Shown here: piece after piece, positions 60,188-64,000 of the stretch
Layout of the letters: every line of letters begins with the position of its first letter
Numbering within the stretch: the first letter of the stretch is position 1
NCBI GenBank assembly: GCA_012295275.1
Contig: CM022678.1
Coordinates: 18,352,001-18,416,000 of the forward strand
From: Chrysomallon squamiferum
Taxonomy: Eukaryota; Animalia; Mollusca
Direction: 5' to 3'
Length of the DNA: 64,000 nucleotides
Translations under genes and position numbers: made by a program
The notes under the pieces: generated by a model
What the model was told of the DNA's origin: nothing
The model's database searches: none
The model's input: the letters and a program-made list of their open reading frames with translations, nothing else

Positions 60188-61137
60188 CAACTGCATTTTT
60201 TAAAACACAGAAATGAACAAGATTGAGATTATCTAATTTGATCAGTCGTATTTGGATTCTTGAATAGAAAAGAAACAGATATGGTTCGAGTCAGACAATG
60301 AAGTAAACCTTTTAGAAGTTAACGAATGAAAATAATGACTGTAAAGATTAACAAAACATGCCGAAGATACTAAAAATATATAGAAATCATAATTGTTAAA
60401 CTTATTCAAAAATTAGAAAACGATTAAACATTTCAACACCATAATGACAGGAGATAAACAACAACAACGATACCTGTTATCTACACTGTAAGTACTAATT
60501 ACTACTTCTACAACTACTACAACAACTTCAATAACAACTACTGGTGCTGCTAACTTAACAACAACTAATAATACAGTCATCTCTACAAATTATAGAGACA
60601 AACATTGACAGCATTGCTACTACTACAACCATGTCGACAGTAAAACTATTCCCTTTAAGAAAAATGTCTTTCTGTAACCTGCTGATGTCATTGTTGACTC
60701 TATTCTGTCGCAGTTTTCAGAACCGCTAATTCATCTGTCGACATTTTAGAAATTGCTTCGCGATCTGAAAATAAATAGATGAGGTGGAAGAAGATGTGGG
60801 AGTGAAAGAAAATATCAAGAAAACAAAACAAAAAAAAAAACAGAACAAATACCAGTACCAACAATAAGAAGAACAAAACAAAGAACAGCAACAACAACAA
60901 CAACAACAACAACAAAAAAAAACTATTTTTTTTTTTAATAATAATAATTATTAGTTGTTGGGTGAATGTTTTTACTCCTAGCTGCATTTCCGAGTTCATT
61001 TAACCAGAAAAGACGTTTGCTATGATCAGGCACCAATAAAAACCATCGTCGATATTTTCATCACAGATTTACGTGATACTGTACGAGTACAATCCAGAAA
61101 GACGCTTTTCTCAAAGCGTTCAAAAATTGGTCAGTTT

Positions 61138-63863
<2,726 letters not shown>

Positions 63864-64000
63864 TTCCTTCTGTCTTTGCTTGTTGTCAACGTGAATAAAA
63901 CTCCACTGACTAAATTTTTATTTTAAACTGTATTTCAGTGACAACTGAATAATAAAATACTGAAACAATTCAGGTGACTGGTTCAAACGACGATTTTGTG

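Overview
Eukaryotic, very AT-rich, microsatellite-dense DNA. The style suggests an invertebrate, possibly a mollusc, but that is inference. There are two 200-N gaps (1584-1783, 43778-43977). The window is a head-to-tail minus-strand tandem array of one 4-exon gene, with all introns in phase 1. It encodes a secreted ~250 aa protein: signal peptide, F-type lectin (fucolectin) domain split over exons 2-3 with an exact H-X26-R-X-D-X4-R fucose-binding motif, and a C-terminal PAN/Apple domain. Eight copies are visible, plus intron 1 of a ninth at the left edge. Four copies are intact (A2, A3, B4, C). One (A1) is broken only by 1-2 bp indels that may be consensus errors. Three (B1-B3) have lost the sugar-binding part of exon 2; B1 and B2 carry a 46-bp minisatellite in intron 1, while B3's intron 1 falls in the gap. 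The strongest signal is that paralogue differences concentrate in the three ligand-pocket loops of exon 2 while the rest of the protein is nearly invariant. Other signals are mosaic copies, a mappable unequal-crossover junction, candidate alternative terminal exons, two inverted-repeat elements and a co-duplicated CCAAT/CRE promoter-like island. Most ORFs in the track are simple-repeat artefacts.
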